Under the pieces are notes generated by a model. That model did not search any database. It had not been told where the DNA came from and saw only the letters and a program-made list of their open reading frames with translations. A stretch of 64,000 bases of DNA from Candidatus Marinacidobacterium sp. (lineage in GTDB: Bacteria > Acidobacteriota > Vicinamibacteria > Marinacidobacterales > Marinacidobacteraceae), in contig CBDCRI010000001.1 in NCBI GenBank assembly GCA_965220965.1, forward strand, positions 64,001 through 128,000, written 5' to 3'. The position numbers were made by a program, and so were the translations under genes. Every line of letters starts with the position of its first letter. Positions within the stretch are counted from its first letter, which is position 1. Shown piece by piece: positions 54,185 to 63,593 of this stretch.

Positions 54185-55204
54185 ATGCGCATACTCGGAT
54201 TGGACGACGGCTACGCCCAGACGAAGGTGGCCACGGGCGAGAAGTGGCGGCTGGCGCCCACCTGCATCCAGTCCGGGCGGGCGCTGGTCAGCGCGCTGCC
54301 CGGCGGCAGCGCGCCGACCGGCTACGTGGCCCAGGGCGAGGGCTCGGAATGGACCGTCGGCGCCGACCTGCCGCGCCCCTCGGAGATCAGCCACGACGGC
54401 TACCCCGCCTCGGTGGAGGCGCGCGTGATGGCGACCCACGCCATGCGCGGCGCCCTGTCGGAGACGGCCAACGGGTCGGGCCCGGTCGAGGTGTCGGTCT
54501 GCTCCGGGGTGCCGCTCGACCGGACCCTGGGCGGGCACGAGGCGCTCGTGGCGGCCAAGCGCGACAACCTGCTGGCAAACGACGTGGCGGTCCTCAACGG
54601 CTCCGGCGAGCCGCAGGCGGTGGGCTTCCGCGTGGTGCGCCACGAGGTCGTCCCCGAGGCGATCGGCGCCTGGATCGCGGCGATCGCGGAGGTCGGCGAC
54701 GGCGGCGACGTGCGCATCCCGCAGCAGGCCATGCGCGCCCACCTTGCGGTGGTCGACATCGGCGGCCGCACCACCGACGTGGCGGTGGTCTGGAACGGCG
54801 CGGTGGACGCGCAGGCGTCGCGGACGGTGGAGGTCGGCGTCGCCCAGATGCGCGCCCAGCTCGGCGACGCCATCCATCGCCGCTTCGGCGCCCGCATCGA
54901 GGCGCGCCAGGCCGACGAGGCCCTGCGCAGCGGCCAGGTGACCCTGTTCGGCAAGGCGGTCGACGCCGCCCGCGAGCGCGACCAGGCCCTCGGCGCGGTG
55001 CTCGGGCAGCTGCGCAACGAGGTGCGCGCCGCGCTGGGCGACGGCGCCGCGCTGGAGCGCGTGCTGTTCGTGGGCGGCGGCGCCAAGCTCGCCGAGGGCG
55101 CCGTTCGCCAGTGGTTCCGCCATGGCCAGGTGGCGCCATCGCCCGTGCTGGCCAACGCCGTCGGCTTCCAGCTCTACGGGCGCATGGCGTTCGCCGATGG
55201 CTGA
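54185..55204 (+). CDS. parM: ParM/StbA actin-like plasmid segregation ATPase
   Basis: GLDDGYAQTK, VPEA, VVDIGGRTTD, LFVGGGA, ANAVGF. Confidence 0.92.
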   Translation: MRILGLDDGYAQTKVATGEKWRLAPTCIQSGRALVSALPGGSAPTGYVAQGEGSEWTVGADLPRPSEISHDGYPASVEARVMATHAMRGALSETANGSGPVEVSVCSGVPLDRTLGGHEALVAAKRDNLLANDVAVLNGSGEPQAVGFRVVRHEVVPEAIGAWIAAIAEVGDGGDVRIPQQAMRAHLAVVDIGGRTTDVAVVWNGAVDAQASRTVEVGVAQMRAQLGDAIHRRFGARIEARQADEALRSGQVTLFGKAVDAARERDQALGAVLGQLRNEVRAALGDGAALERVLFVGGGAKLAEGAVRQWFRHGQVAPSPVLANAVGFQLYGRMAFADG

Positions 55205-55535
55205 CGGCAAGCTCCGCATGACCGTGGACCTCGAGCACTCGCTCCCGACGCTCGAGTTCCTGCGCGGGCTCGGGCGCCACGAGCGGACCGCCTTCGTGCG
55301 CGTGGCGCTCATCGCCGCGCACCGCCGCGTCAGCCGGCTCGACGAGCGGTCCCTGTGGCCGGGCGCCATCCTCGGGGAGGGCGGCGGCGCGCCGGAGGGA
55401 CGGCCGCGGCCGGTCGGGGGCGGCGACGCCCCGCCCGCCCCGGCGAGCGACCGGCCCCGCCCGGCGCCGGCGCCCGCGGCGTCCGGCGGCATGCCGGGCG
55501 ACGTCGCCCAGGTCCTCAGCCGCTTCGTGCAGTAG
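55197..55535 (+). CDS. ParR/StbB-like adaptor
   Basis: Small gene overlapping the parM end. Ribbon-helix-helix-like N-terminus, disordered linker, C-terminal amphipathic helix. Confidence 0.6.
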   Translation: MADGKLRMTVDLEHSLPTLEFLRGLGRHERTAFVRVALIAAHRRVSRLDERSLWPGAILGEGGGAPEGRPRPVGGGDAPPAPASDRPRPAPAPAASGGMPGDVAQVLSRFVQ

Positions 55536-56878
55536 TGAGCGGGCGCCGGGACCCGTCCGAAGCCGGCGGCGACGCCGGCGTCTTCTTCCTGCTGCTCGCG
55601 CTGGCGGCCTGCGCGGCGGCGCTGTTCGCCTGGGACGCGCTGTGGGCCGAGCGCTTCGGCGCCTGGCGGGCGCTGCGCCTGGCCCAGCTGGCGGCGCTCG
55701 GGCCGCTGCTGCCGGACGCCTACTGGGCGTTGTTCGACCTGCCCCCCGCCGACCGCGTCGCGGCGGCGCTGGAGCGCGCCGCCGCCGTGCCCGGCGAGGG
55801 CCAGCGGGAGCAGGCGGCGCTGTTCCGGGCGCGCATCGACCGGGCCTTGCTGCCGCCCGTCTGCCTGCTCGCCGGCCTGCCGTTCGTGGCGCTGGCGCTG
55901 GCGCGCTGGCGGGCGGCGGAGCGCGTCCGCGAGCGCTTCGACGACGCGGACGGGTACCTGGAGGCCCAGGCGGCGCTGCACCCGCACCTCGCCCCGCTGT
56001 CCGGCGAGCGGCCCCACCGGGAGCCGCTGAAGTTCGACCGGGAGCGGCCCAGCGTCCACGCCAAGTGCGTCAACCCCCTAGACTTCGCGCGCATGCGCCC
56101 GCCGCTGGGCCTGGAGGGGGAGGCCGACCGCGCCATCCTCGAGGGCGACGACGACTTCGACGAGGCGCTGGCGGAGCGCTGCTTCGCCCGGCAGTGCGGG
56201 CCGCCGTACGCGGGCCTCGGCGCCTGGGACGGCTGCGCGCAGCACGCCTTCGAGCTGCTGCTGCCCGCCCAGGCGCTGCACCCGGAGCGGATGCTGCCGG
56301 AGATCCGGGCGCTGCTGGCGGACGGCGCGGACGGCGGCAGCGACGCGGCGCGCGCGCTCGCCGAGGCGCTGCGCGCGCGCCGCGGCAAGGCCCCCCGCGA
56401 CCTGCTCAGGGACCCCGCGCTGGCCGCCGCCCTGCGCCTGCGCGAGGCCGAGATGGTGATGGAGGCGCACGGGTTCGTGCTGACCGGGCTCATGAGCCTG
56501 CTGGAGGAGGCCCGGCAGGGCGGCGTGGTGCTGATCCACAGCCTGCGCCGCAAGCTCAAGCTGGAGGACCGCACCATGTGGTACGCTCTCTCCTCCGTCG
56601 GGCGCCGCGTGGCGTTCGCGGAGGGCGCGGGGCCGTTCGCCCACTGGCTGGTGGAGCGCTCGATCGGCGTCCACCTGCCGTCGCCGATGACGGTGCCGGA
56701 GGTCGGGCGCGCCGTGCGCGCGCTGCGCGAGCAGATCGAGGGGCCGAAGCCCAGCGCGGCGCCGCCCATGCCGCAGCCCGAGCGGATCCCGGGGCTGGGG
56801 TTGATGGGGGGTGCGGACCGCTTCGCCAGCCTGGATGAGTTCCTGGAGCGGGACAGGCGGGAGGGAGGAACGAGATGA
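55535..56878 (+). CDS. icmP: IcmP/DotM (TrbA) coupling-complex protein
   Basis: FARQCGP, HGFVLTGLMSLLEEARQGGV, LKLEDRTMWYAL..VGR..EGAGPFAHW..E. Confidence 0.9.
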   Translation: MSGRRDPSEAGGDAGVFFLLLALAACAAALFAWDALWAERFGAWRALRLAQLAALGPLLPDAYWALFDLPPADRVAAALERAAAVPGEGQREQAALFRARIDRALLPPVCLLAGLPFVALALARWRAAERVRERFDDADGYLEAQAALHPHLAPLSGERPHREPLKFDRERPSVHAKCVNPLDFARMRPPLGLEGEADRAILEGDDDFDEALAERCFARQCGPPYAGLGAWDGCAQHAFELLLPAQALHPERMLPEIRALLADGADGGSDAARALAEALRARRGKAPRDLLRDPALAAALRLREAEMVMEAHGFVLTGLMSLLEEARQGGVVLIHSLRRKLKLEDRTMWYALSSVGRRVAFAEGAGPFAHWLVERSIGVHLPSPMTVPEVGRAVRALREQIEGPKPSAAPPMPQPERIPGLGLMGGADRFASLDEFLERDRREGGTR

Positions 56879-56929
56879 ACGCACGCAAGGGACCGGCCCG
56901 CGGGGCGCCGGCGTAAGGGGCTCCCGGGC

Positions 56930-59329
56930 ATGAGCGAGGAGGCGCGCCGCCGCCACGGGCTCGACGCGGAGATCGAGGTCAGCCCCGACGAGGCCCGCCG
57001 CAGCGTCGGGCCGAGGCGCCGCCTGCGCCGCCTCGCCGAACGGCACGGCTACCGGCCCCTGCTCTGGAGCGGGCTGGCCGTGGTCGCCATGCCGTGGACG
57101 CCCATCCCCGCCGCGCCCGAGGCGATGCTGCTCGCCAACCTGCTCTACGCGCTGTTCGCGGCCTCCGTGCTGTCGGGCGCCTACCCGTTCCGCAGGCCCG
57201 CGCACCGCACCGGCTCGATGGACGACGGCATCATCTGGCTCGGCAACCGCTCGGACCGCTCGCAGGCCACCTGCTGGCTGTCCGACTCGGACCTGCGCAA
57301 GCACCTGCTCGTGTTCGGGACCACCGGCAGCGGCAAGACCGTCTTCCTGCTGGGCTTCTACTACCAGGCCATCGTGCAGGGCAGCGGCTGCATCTTCGTC
57401 GACGGCAAGGCCGACAACTCCGTCTACTGGGCGCTCTCCGCGCTGGCCCGCCGCGCCGGCCGGGAGGACGACCTGCTGGTCATCAACTACCTCCAGCCGC
57501 CGCCCGAGGCGCCGGACAAGGTCACCGGCCGCCCGCGGTCGCCCCGCACGACCATCTCCAACACCGCCAACCCGTTCGCCGACCTCTCGCCGGAGCAGGC
57601 GCGCAGCCAGCTCGTGGCCATGATGCGCGACTCGGGCCAGACCGGCGACATGTGGAAGGGCCGCGCCAGCGCCATGCTCGGCAACGTGCTCGCCTACCTG
57701 TGCGCGGTCCGCGACAAGCAAGAGATCAACCTCGACGTCCAATACATCCGGCGGGCCGTGCAGCTGCCCTACATCGTCGCCGCCAGCCGGCGGCGCGACC
57801 TTCCGGAGGAGATCGTCACGCCGCTGCGCCGCTACCTGGCGGAGCTGCCGAACTACAACGAGGCCGCGGTCAAGGTCACCGTGCCGGGGGACTCCTCGGC
57901 CGACCCCCTGATCACCGCCGCCAACGTCGAGGCCGCCCAGGCCGCCGGCTTCGAAGAGGAGGCCGTCAGGCAGCACGGCTTCCTCCTGATGCAGCTCACG
58001 GAGGTGATGTCGGACATGACCGACACCTACGCGCACATCTTCCGCACCCCGCTCGGCGAGGTGGACTTCAACGACGTGGTGTTCAACCGACGCCTCCTGT
58101 GCGTCATGCTGCCCGCGCTGCAGGCGGACCCGGACCGGCTCGCCGGGCTCGGCAAGCTGGTCGTCGCCGGCATCCGCTCGGCGCTCGGCGGGCGCGCCCT
58201 GGGCGCCAAGCTGGAGGGCGACCGCCGGCAGGTGATCGACATGAAGCCGACCAACGCCCCGGTGCCCTTCTTCATCATCCTCGACGAGTACGGCTACTAC
58301 TCGGTGCCCGGCTTCGCCGTGGTCGCGGCCCAGGCGCGCAGCCTCGGCTGCTCGGTGCTGTTCGTCGGCCAGGACTACTCCAGCTTCAAGCGCGGCGACG
58401 CGAAGGAGGCGGCTAGCGTGCTGGCCAACACGAACACCAAGGTGCTGATGAAGCTGGAGGACCCCGAGGACACCATGGAGGTGATGCGCAAGCGCGCCGG
58501 GCAGGGCTACGCGGTGCAGGGCCGCGACTGGGAGAAGCGCTCCGGCGGCCTGCGGGCGGCCGACTCCGCGGCGTCGGCGCTCGCCGACCGCATCAGCCTG
58601 CGCGACCTGGTCGCCCAGGGGCCGGGCGAGGCGCACGTCATCCACGAGGACCGCATCGAGCGCGTGGGCCTGTGCTACTTCGCCCCGGAGCGGCTCGCCC
58701 TGGAGCAGCAGGAGTCGGAGCTGAACGTGTTCCTCGCGGTGCGCGACCTGACCACCCGCGAGGCGGAGGACATGGTGCTGCGCAAGACCTCGGTGACGCG
58801 GCTGTTCGCCGAGGGCGCGCAGCCCGCGGGCGCGGCCGACTCGACCTTCACCGAGGAGCAGTTCTTCGCCCTGCTGGCGGCGGTCGCCGAGGCGGCCCCG
58901 CCGAGCGACTGGCTCCTGGCGCTCGCCGGGATCAACATGCTCCGGGAGGTGTCCGACGCCCGCGAGATGGCCGAGGAGATGCGCCGCGACTCGACCGGCG
59001 CCGGCTCGCGGCCGGCGGCGGAGCGCTGGCTCGAGGACGAGCGCCGCCGCTCGGGCCGCAGCCGGACGTTCCCGGACTGGCCCGCCGAGGCGCCGGGCCC
59101 GCCGGAGGCCGACTCGCCGTTCGCCGCCTACGACGGCCTCAACGACTGGCACCAGGAGGTGTTCGAGAGCGCCGCGCGCGAGGGGCGGGCCTCAAGGACG
59201 CGGCGCGCGCTCGGCGTCGGCGGGGACCCCGCCGACCCGGACGCCCTGCTGCTGCGCGGCCTGGAGGACGCCGACGAGGAGGAGGATGGGGACGATCCCC
59301 GCCCGCGGGGCCGGGGAGGGCGCGCCTAG
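56930..59329 (+). CDS. icmO: IcmO/DotL (TrbC) type IV coupling protein
   Basis: HLLVFGTTGSGKT, DGKAD, SNTANPF, MWKGRA, ILDEYGYY, AQARSLG, NTNTK.MKLEDP. Confidence 0.95.
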   Translation: MSEEARRRHGLDAEIEVSPDEARRSVGPRRRLRRLAERHGYRPLLWSGLAVVAMPWTPIPAAPEAMLLANLLYALFAASVLSGAYPFRRPAHRTGSMDDGIIWLGNRSDRSQATCWLSDSDLRKHLLVFGTTGSGKTVFLLGFYYQAIVQGSGCIFVDGKADNSVYWALSALARRAGREDDLLVINYLQPPPEAPDKVTGRPRSPRTTISNTANPFADLSPEQARSQLVAMMRDSGQTGDMWKGRASAMLGNVLAYLCAVRDKQEINLDVQYIRRAVQLPYIVAASRRRDLPEEIVTPLRRYLAELPNYNEAAVKVTVPGDSSADPLITAANVEAAQAAGFEEEAVRQHGFLLMQLTEVMSDMTDTYAHIFRTPLGEVDFNDVVFNRRLLCVMLPALQADPDRLAGLGKLVVAGIRSALGGRALGAKLEGDRRQVIDMKPTNAPVPFFIILDEYGYYSVPGFAVVAAQARSLGCSVLFVGQDYSSFKRGDAKEAASVLANTNTKVLMKLEDPEDTMEVMRKRAGQGYAVQGRDWEKRSGGLRAADSAASALADRISLRDLVAQGPGEAHVIHEDRIERVGLCYFAPERLALEQQESELNVFLAVRDLTTREAEDMVLRKTSVTRLFAEGAQPAGAADSTFTEEQFFALLAAVAEAAPPSDWLLALAGINMLREVSDAREMAEEMRRDSTGAGSRPAAERWLEDERRRSGRSRTFPDWPAEAPGPPEADSPFAAYDGLNDWHQEVFESAAREGRASRTRRALGVGGDPADPDALLLRGLEDADEEEDGDDPRPRGRGGRA

Positions 59330-60654
59330 GCGGCGTCCGGCGCCGGCGGCGGCGCTTCCCGGGCGTCGCCGGGCGCCTGGGCGAAGCGTCCGGTGGCCTC
59401 GTCGAAGCGGGCGCGCACCGTGCCGCCCGCCTCGCCGTGGCGGTTCTTCTCGAGGATGATCTCGGCCGCCGCCGGGTCGGCGGCGCGGTCGTAGCGGCCC
59501 GGCCGGTACAGCATCCAGACGTGGTCGGCGTCGGCCTCCAGCGACCCGGAGTCGCGCAGGTCGGACATGAGCGGGCGCTTGTCGGCGCGCCGCTCCACCT
59601 CGCGGCTCAGCTGCGAGGCGGCCACCACCGGGCCGCCCGCCTCCCGCGCCAGGACCTTCAACGCCCTGGACACCCGCTCCAGCTGCTCGTTGCGCGTGGC
59701 GCCGCCCGCGCCCGGCACCGACACCAGCTGCACGTAGTCGAGGCAGATCAGCGGCCGGTCGAGGCCGTCGGCGGCGCGCCGCGCCTGGTCGACCACCTCG
59801 TCGCAGCCGGTCCCCCGGGGGCAGACGATGGCCATGGGCCAGCGGGCCTGGCGGCGCGCGGAGGCGTCCAGGCGGCGGCACTCGGCCTCGCTGAGCGCCG
59901 CCTGCCTGAGCCGCGCCAGCCCGACCCCGGCGTCGGCGGCGGCCATGCGCTCAACGAGCTCCCCCTCGAGCATCTCCAGCGAGACGAACACCACCGGGCG
60001 GCCGGCGAGCAGGGCGGCGCGAGACAGCGCCAGCAGCAGGAAGGTCTTGCCCATGCCCGGCCGGCCGGCGACGTACACCAGGTGGCCGGGCCGCAGGCCG
60101 CCGGTCAGCGCGTCGAGGCGCCCGAATCCGGTCGGCACCCAAGCCTCGCCCGGCGCGGCCGCCCGCCGGCCGAGGGCGCGCAGCCAGCGCGCCACGCTGG
60201 CGCCGTGGGCCGGCGGCCCGCCGTCCGGCAGCCCGTCGAGCAGCGCCCGCCAGCGGGCGGCCTCGCGGCGCACCAGGCCGGTCGCGGCGTCCCAGTCGCC
60301 GTCGCCGGGCACGGCCCCGGCGGCGCCGGACCGGCGGGCGCAGGCGGCCGCCTCGCGCAGGACGTGGCAGGCGGAGACGCGCTTGCTGACCTCGCCCACG
60401 TCGACCGGGGCGGGGACCATGGGCAGCAGCGCCGCCAGGGCGTCCTCGGCGAGGCCCAGCCGGGCGGCCAGCTCCAGGGCGGGGATCGGCTCGCCCCGCG
60501 GCGCCAGCAGCCGCCAGGCCTGGCGCAGCTCCGGGGCGGCGATGTGCGCCGCGTCGAAGCCGGGCCAGGCCTCCGCGCTGCGCTGCGGGGACTGCGCCAC
60601 GGCGCCGAGCAGCAGCCGCTCCCAGAGGGCCGCGCCGGCGTCCGGGGCGCTCAA
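59326..60654 (-). CDS. Second, divergent DnaB-like helicase
   Basis: PTGF..LD, GRPGMGKT, SLEM, LDYVQL, SQLSR, DLRDSGSLEADAD, KNRHG; TTG start overlaps the upstream stop. Confidence 0.9.
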   Translation of the reverse strand: MSAPDAGAALWERLLLGAVAQSPQRSAEAWPGFDAAHIAAPELRQAWRLLAPRGEPIPALELAARLGLAEDALAALLPMVPAPVDVGEVSKRVSACHVLREAAACARRSGAAGAVPGDGDWDAATGLVRREAARWRALLDGLPDGGPPAHGASVARWLRALGRRAAAPGEAWVPTGFGRLDALTGGLRPGHLVYVAGRPGMGKTFLLLALSRAALLAGRPVVFVSLEMLEGELVERMAAADAGVGLARLRQAALSEAECRRLDASARRQARWPMAIVCPRGTGCDEVVDQARRAADGLDRPLICLDYVQLVSVPGAGGATRNEQLERVSRALKVLAREAGGPVVAASQLSREVERRADKRPLMSDLRDSGSLEADADHVWMLYRPGRYDRAADPAAAEIILEKNRHGEAGGTVRARFDEATGRFAQAPGDAREAPPPAPDAA

Positions 60655-61463
60655 GCCCCGGCCTCCACCTCGTCGGCCAGCCCGTCCAGGAAGCGGGCCA
60701 GGTCGGCGGGCGCCAGGTCGTCGCCGGCCGGCGCGCCGCCGTCCCCGCCGCCGGAGCGCGGCCGGGCGGCCGGGGCGTCGTCGGGCCGCACCAGGAAGTG
60801 CCGGAACCACTGCATGAACAGGGCCTCGGCCTCCGCGGCGCGCAGCTGGGCGAGGCGGTCGCGGCCGACCTCGCGGGCGGCGGCCCGCCCGGCCGCGGCC
60901 TCGCGTTCGCCGAGGCCCTCCGGGGCGGGGTCGCCGCAGGCGAAGTGCCGGAAGAGCGCGTGGTCGCCGGCGGTCCGGCGCAGCGCCAGGCCGGCCAGCT
61001 CGGCGGGCAGGGGCGGGGCGTAGCGCCAGCGCCCCTCGCGCTCGCGCAGCCAGCGCTCGTGGGCCGAGCGGCAGGCCTGCGGGGTGATGTCGACCCCGGC
61101 CTCCGCGCAGGCCGCGAACAGCGCCGGCAGCCCGCCCAGGTCGCGCCAGCGCGCCCCGTAGGTCGCGCACAGGGCGCGGTGCAGCTCGCGCGCCTCGTCC
61201 GGGGCGTGCCACTCCGCCACCAGGCTGTCGAGCCAGCGCCCGAGGGCGGGCAGGGCCGGCGGCAGGGCGGGGCGCAGCAGCTCGTCGCCGAGCGCCAGCG
61301 CCGCGGTGCGCAGGCTCTCCGCGGGGCGGTCCTTGAGGCTCTCGGCCAGCTTGGCGGCGAGCGCCCTGCTGGCCCGCTCGTCGCCGTCGCACCAGTCGGC
61401 CCCGTAGGCCTGCGCGAGGGCCACGTGCAGCTCGCCGACGGCCCGCGCCGTCGCCTCGCTCAC
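60651..61463 (-). CDS. Two-repeat protein, candidate helicase loader
   Basis: ELHVALAQAYGADW / ELHRALCATYGARW and LPPALPAL / APPLPAEL repeats; coupled to the DnaB-like gene. Confidence 0.55.
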   Translation of the reverse strand: MSEATARAVGELHVALAQAYGADWCDGDERASRALAAKLAESLKDRPAESLRTAALALGDELLRPALPPALPALGRWLDSLVAEWHAPDEARELHRALCATYGARWRDLGGLPALFAACAEAGVDITPQACRSAHERWLREREGRWRYAPPLPAELAGLALRRTAGDHALFRHFACGDPAPEGLGEREAAAGRAAAREVGRDRLAQLRAAEAEALFMQWFRHFLVRPDDAPAARPRSGGGDGGAPAGDDLAPADLARFLDGLADEVEAGA

Positions 61464-61801
61464 CGCGGCCACCGCGCCTCCCCGCGCCCGGCCTCGTCGA
61501 GCAGCGCCCGGGCGGCGGCGCGGGCGGCCGTCACGGCGGCGTCCTCGCCGCCCTCCGGCGGCGCCTCAAGGGCGGCGGCCAGATCGGCGGCGCCCAGCCT
61601 CGCGCCGGGGTCGCGCGCCGCGCGGTACAGGCCCTCAAGCCGGCGCCGGGCGGGGCCGGCGCCGCCCAGGCGGCGCTCCATGCGGCGCAGCTGCTCCGCG
61701 CCGGGCACCAGCGCCTGGCCCAGGCGCGCGTACTGGGCGGTGGGCAGCCAGCCCGGGTAGCTTGGCGGCAGCGAGCGGCTGACCGGCAGCAGCACGATCA
61801 C
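61460..61801 (-). CDS. Hypothetical protein
   Basis: GTGA overlaps on both sides. Confidence 0.5.
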   Translation of the reverse strand: MIVLLPVSRSLPPSYPGWLPTAQYARLGQALVPGAEQLRRMERRLGGAGPARRRLEGLYRAARDPGARLGAADLAAALEAPPEGGEDAAVTAARAAARALLDEAGRGEARWPR

Positions 61802-63417
61802 GGCGCGGGCCCCGCCGCCGCCCCGTTCGCCGGGCAGCCCAGCCAGGGCTCGTTGGCCGCGGCCCACTGCGCCCACTGCCGGGCGAAGCGCGCGTCCACC
61901 CCGACCGCCTCGGCCAGCTCGGGATCGGGCGGCAGGCGGGCGAGGGCGCCGAGCGCCCGGCCGTCCACGCGCCGCGCGCCGCCCATCCACAGGCGCATCA
62001 GGCGCTCCGCGTGGTCGACGTCGCGCGGGCCGCCCGCGGCCACGGCGCCCGCCCCCTCCGCAGGCCAGGCCGCGCCCGGCGCCTGCCCGAGGCAGGCGGC
62101 GCAGGCCCCGCAGGGGCCCGGCGGCGGCGCCTCGCCGAAGTGGTCCAGCAGCCGGGCGTTGAGGCAGCCGGGGTCGCGCAGGGCGTCGGTGACCGCGTCC
62201 AGGCGCGCGTCCCACTGGGCGCGGTAGCGGACCAGCGCCCGCGCCCAGTCGTCGGGCAGCGGGCGGGCAAGGCCGCGGGCGGACAGCCACTCGGCCACCT
62301 GCCGCGCCTCGCGGTCGGTGGCGGGCCGCTCGACCGCCTCCGGGGCCGGCCACGCCCGGTCGCGGAAGTGGCGCTGCAGGGCCAGGTCGTCGCGCGTCCA
62401 GCCGACCACGCTGAACGCCTGCTCGCCGGGGGCGCGCCCGGCCCGGCCCGACTCCTGCACGTAGGCCTCCAGCGAGCCGGGCAGGCCGGCGTGCACCACC
62501 GTGCGCAGGCCCGGCACGTCCACCCCCATGCCGTAGGCCGCCGTCGCCACCATGACCGGCAGCTCGCCGCTGCGGAAGCGGGCCGACTCGGACGCCCGGG
62601 CGCGGCCGTCGAGCCGCGAGTGGTAGGCCCCGGCGGGCAGCCCGGTGGCGGTGATCCGCGCCGACAGCGCCTTGGCCGCCCGGATGGTCGGGGCGTAGAC
62701 CAGGCAGCGGCCGCGCGGCGCGTAGCGGTGGGCGGCGCGCACCGCGAAGGCGTCGCGCTCCGCGGCCGAGGGCAGCTCCACGGCGCCCCGCGCGATGTTG
62801 GGGCGGAACGAGCTCATCGCCACCCGCACCGGCGCGCGCAGGCCGAGGACGCGCTCCACCGCCTCCGCCGAGGCCGGCGCCAGCGTCGCCGAGCAGGCCA
62901 GCACCGGCACCCGGGGCAGGGCGGCCAACACCTCGCCGAGGCGCCCGTACTCAGGCCGGAAGTCGTGCCCCCACATGTCGATGCAGTGCGCCTCGTCGAT
63001 GACGACGTAGGCCAGCCGCGCGCCGGCCAGGCGCTCCCGGAAGCGGGCGTTGGCGAGCGTCTCCGGGGAGACGTGCAGGAAGGCGGCGCGGTTGGCGGCG
63101 GCCGCCTCAAGGGCGAGGCGGGCCTGGTCCGGGTCGGTCCCGGAGTGCACCTCGACCGCCTCGACGCCGGACAGGCGCAGGCGCTCGCCCTGGTCGCGCA
63201 TCAGGGCGATGGTCGGCTCGACCACCAAGGCCATGCCGCGCTCCGGGGCGCACAGCTGCGGCAGGTGGTAGCCCAGGCTCTTGCCGGCGCTGGTCGGCAG
63301 CATGGCCAGGCAGTCGCGGCCCGACAGCACCGCCCGCGCCATGCGCATCTGGTGCTCCCGAACCGCCGCGTAGCCGAACACGGACCCGGCGACGGCGGCT
63401 ATCACCCGCTCATCCAT
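61798..63417 (-). CDS. recQ: RecQ-family DNA helicase
   Basis: LPTSAGKS, LHVSPE, IDEAHCIDMWGHDFRPEY, SAT, ATAAYGMGVD, YVQESGRAGR, C-terminal Cys cluster. Confidence 0.95.
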   Translation of the reverse strand: MDERVIAAVAGSVFGYAAVREHQMRMARAVLSGRDCLAMLPTSAGKSLGYHLPQLCAPERGMALVVEPTIALMRDQGERLRLSGVEAVEVHSGTDPDQARLALEAAAANRAAFLHVSPETLANARFRERLAGARLAYVVIDEAHCIDMWGHDFRPEYGRLGEVLAALPRVPVLACSATLAPASAEAVERVLGLRAPVRVAMSSFRPNIARGAVELPSAAERDAFAVRAAHRYAPRGRCLVYAPTIRAAKALSARITATGLPAGAYHSRLDGRARASESARFRSGELPVMVATAAYGMGVDVPGLRTVVHAGLPGSLEAYVQESGRAGRAPGEQAFSVVGWTRDDLALQRHFRDRAWPAPEAVERPATDREARQVAEWLSARGLARPLPDDWARALVRYRAQWDARLDAVTDALRDPGCLNARLLDHFGEAPPPGPCGACAACLGQAPGAAWPAEGAGAVAAGGPRDVDHAERLMRLWMGGARRVDGRALGALARLPPDPELAEAVGVDARFARQWAQWAAANEPWLGCPANGAAAGPAP

Positions 63418-63593
63418 GACCCGTATTATACCAACTTTCCGGGTCGGCAGGCCCGGGCGGGCGCCCCGCCGGCAAGGCCCCGCCGCCCGGCCCGAAGCGG
63501 CCGGCGCCGGACGGAGGCGGAGGGCGCCGGCCGCGGGCGCAGCGCGGTTCCATGCTATAAAGGCCGGCCAGCAAAACCATGGATGGAGGCCCC

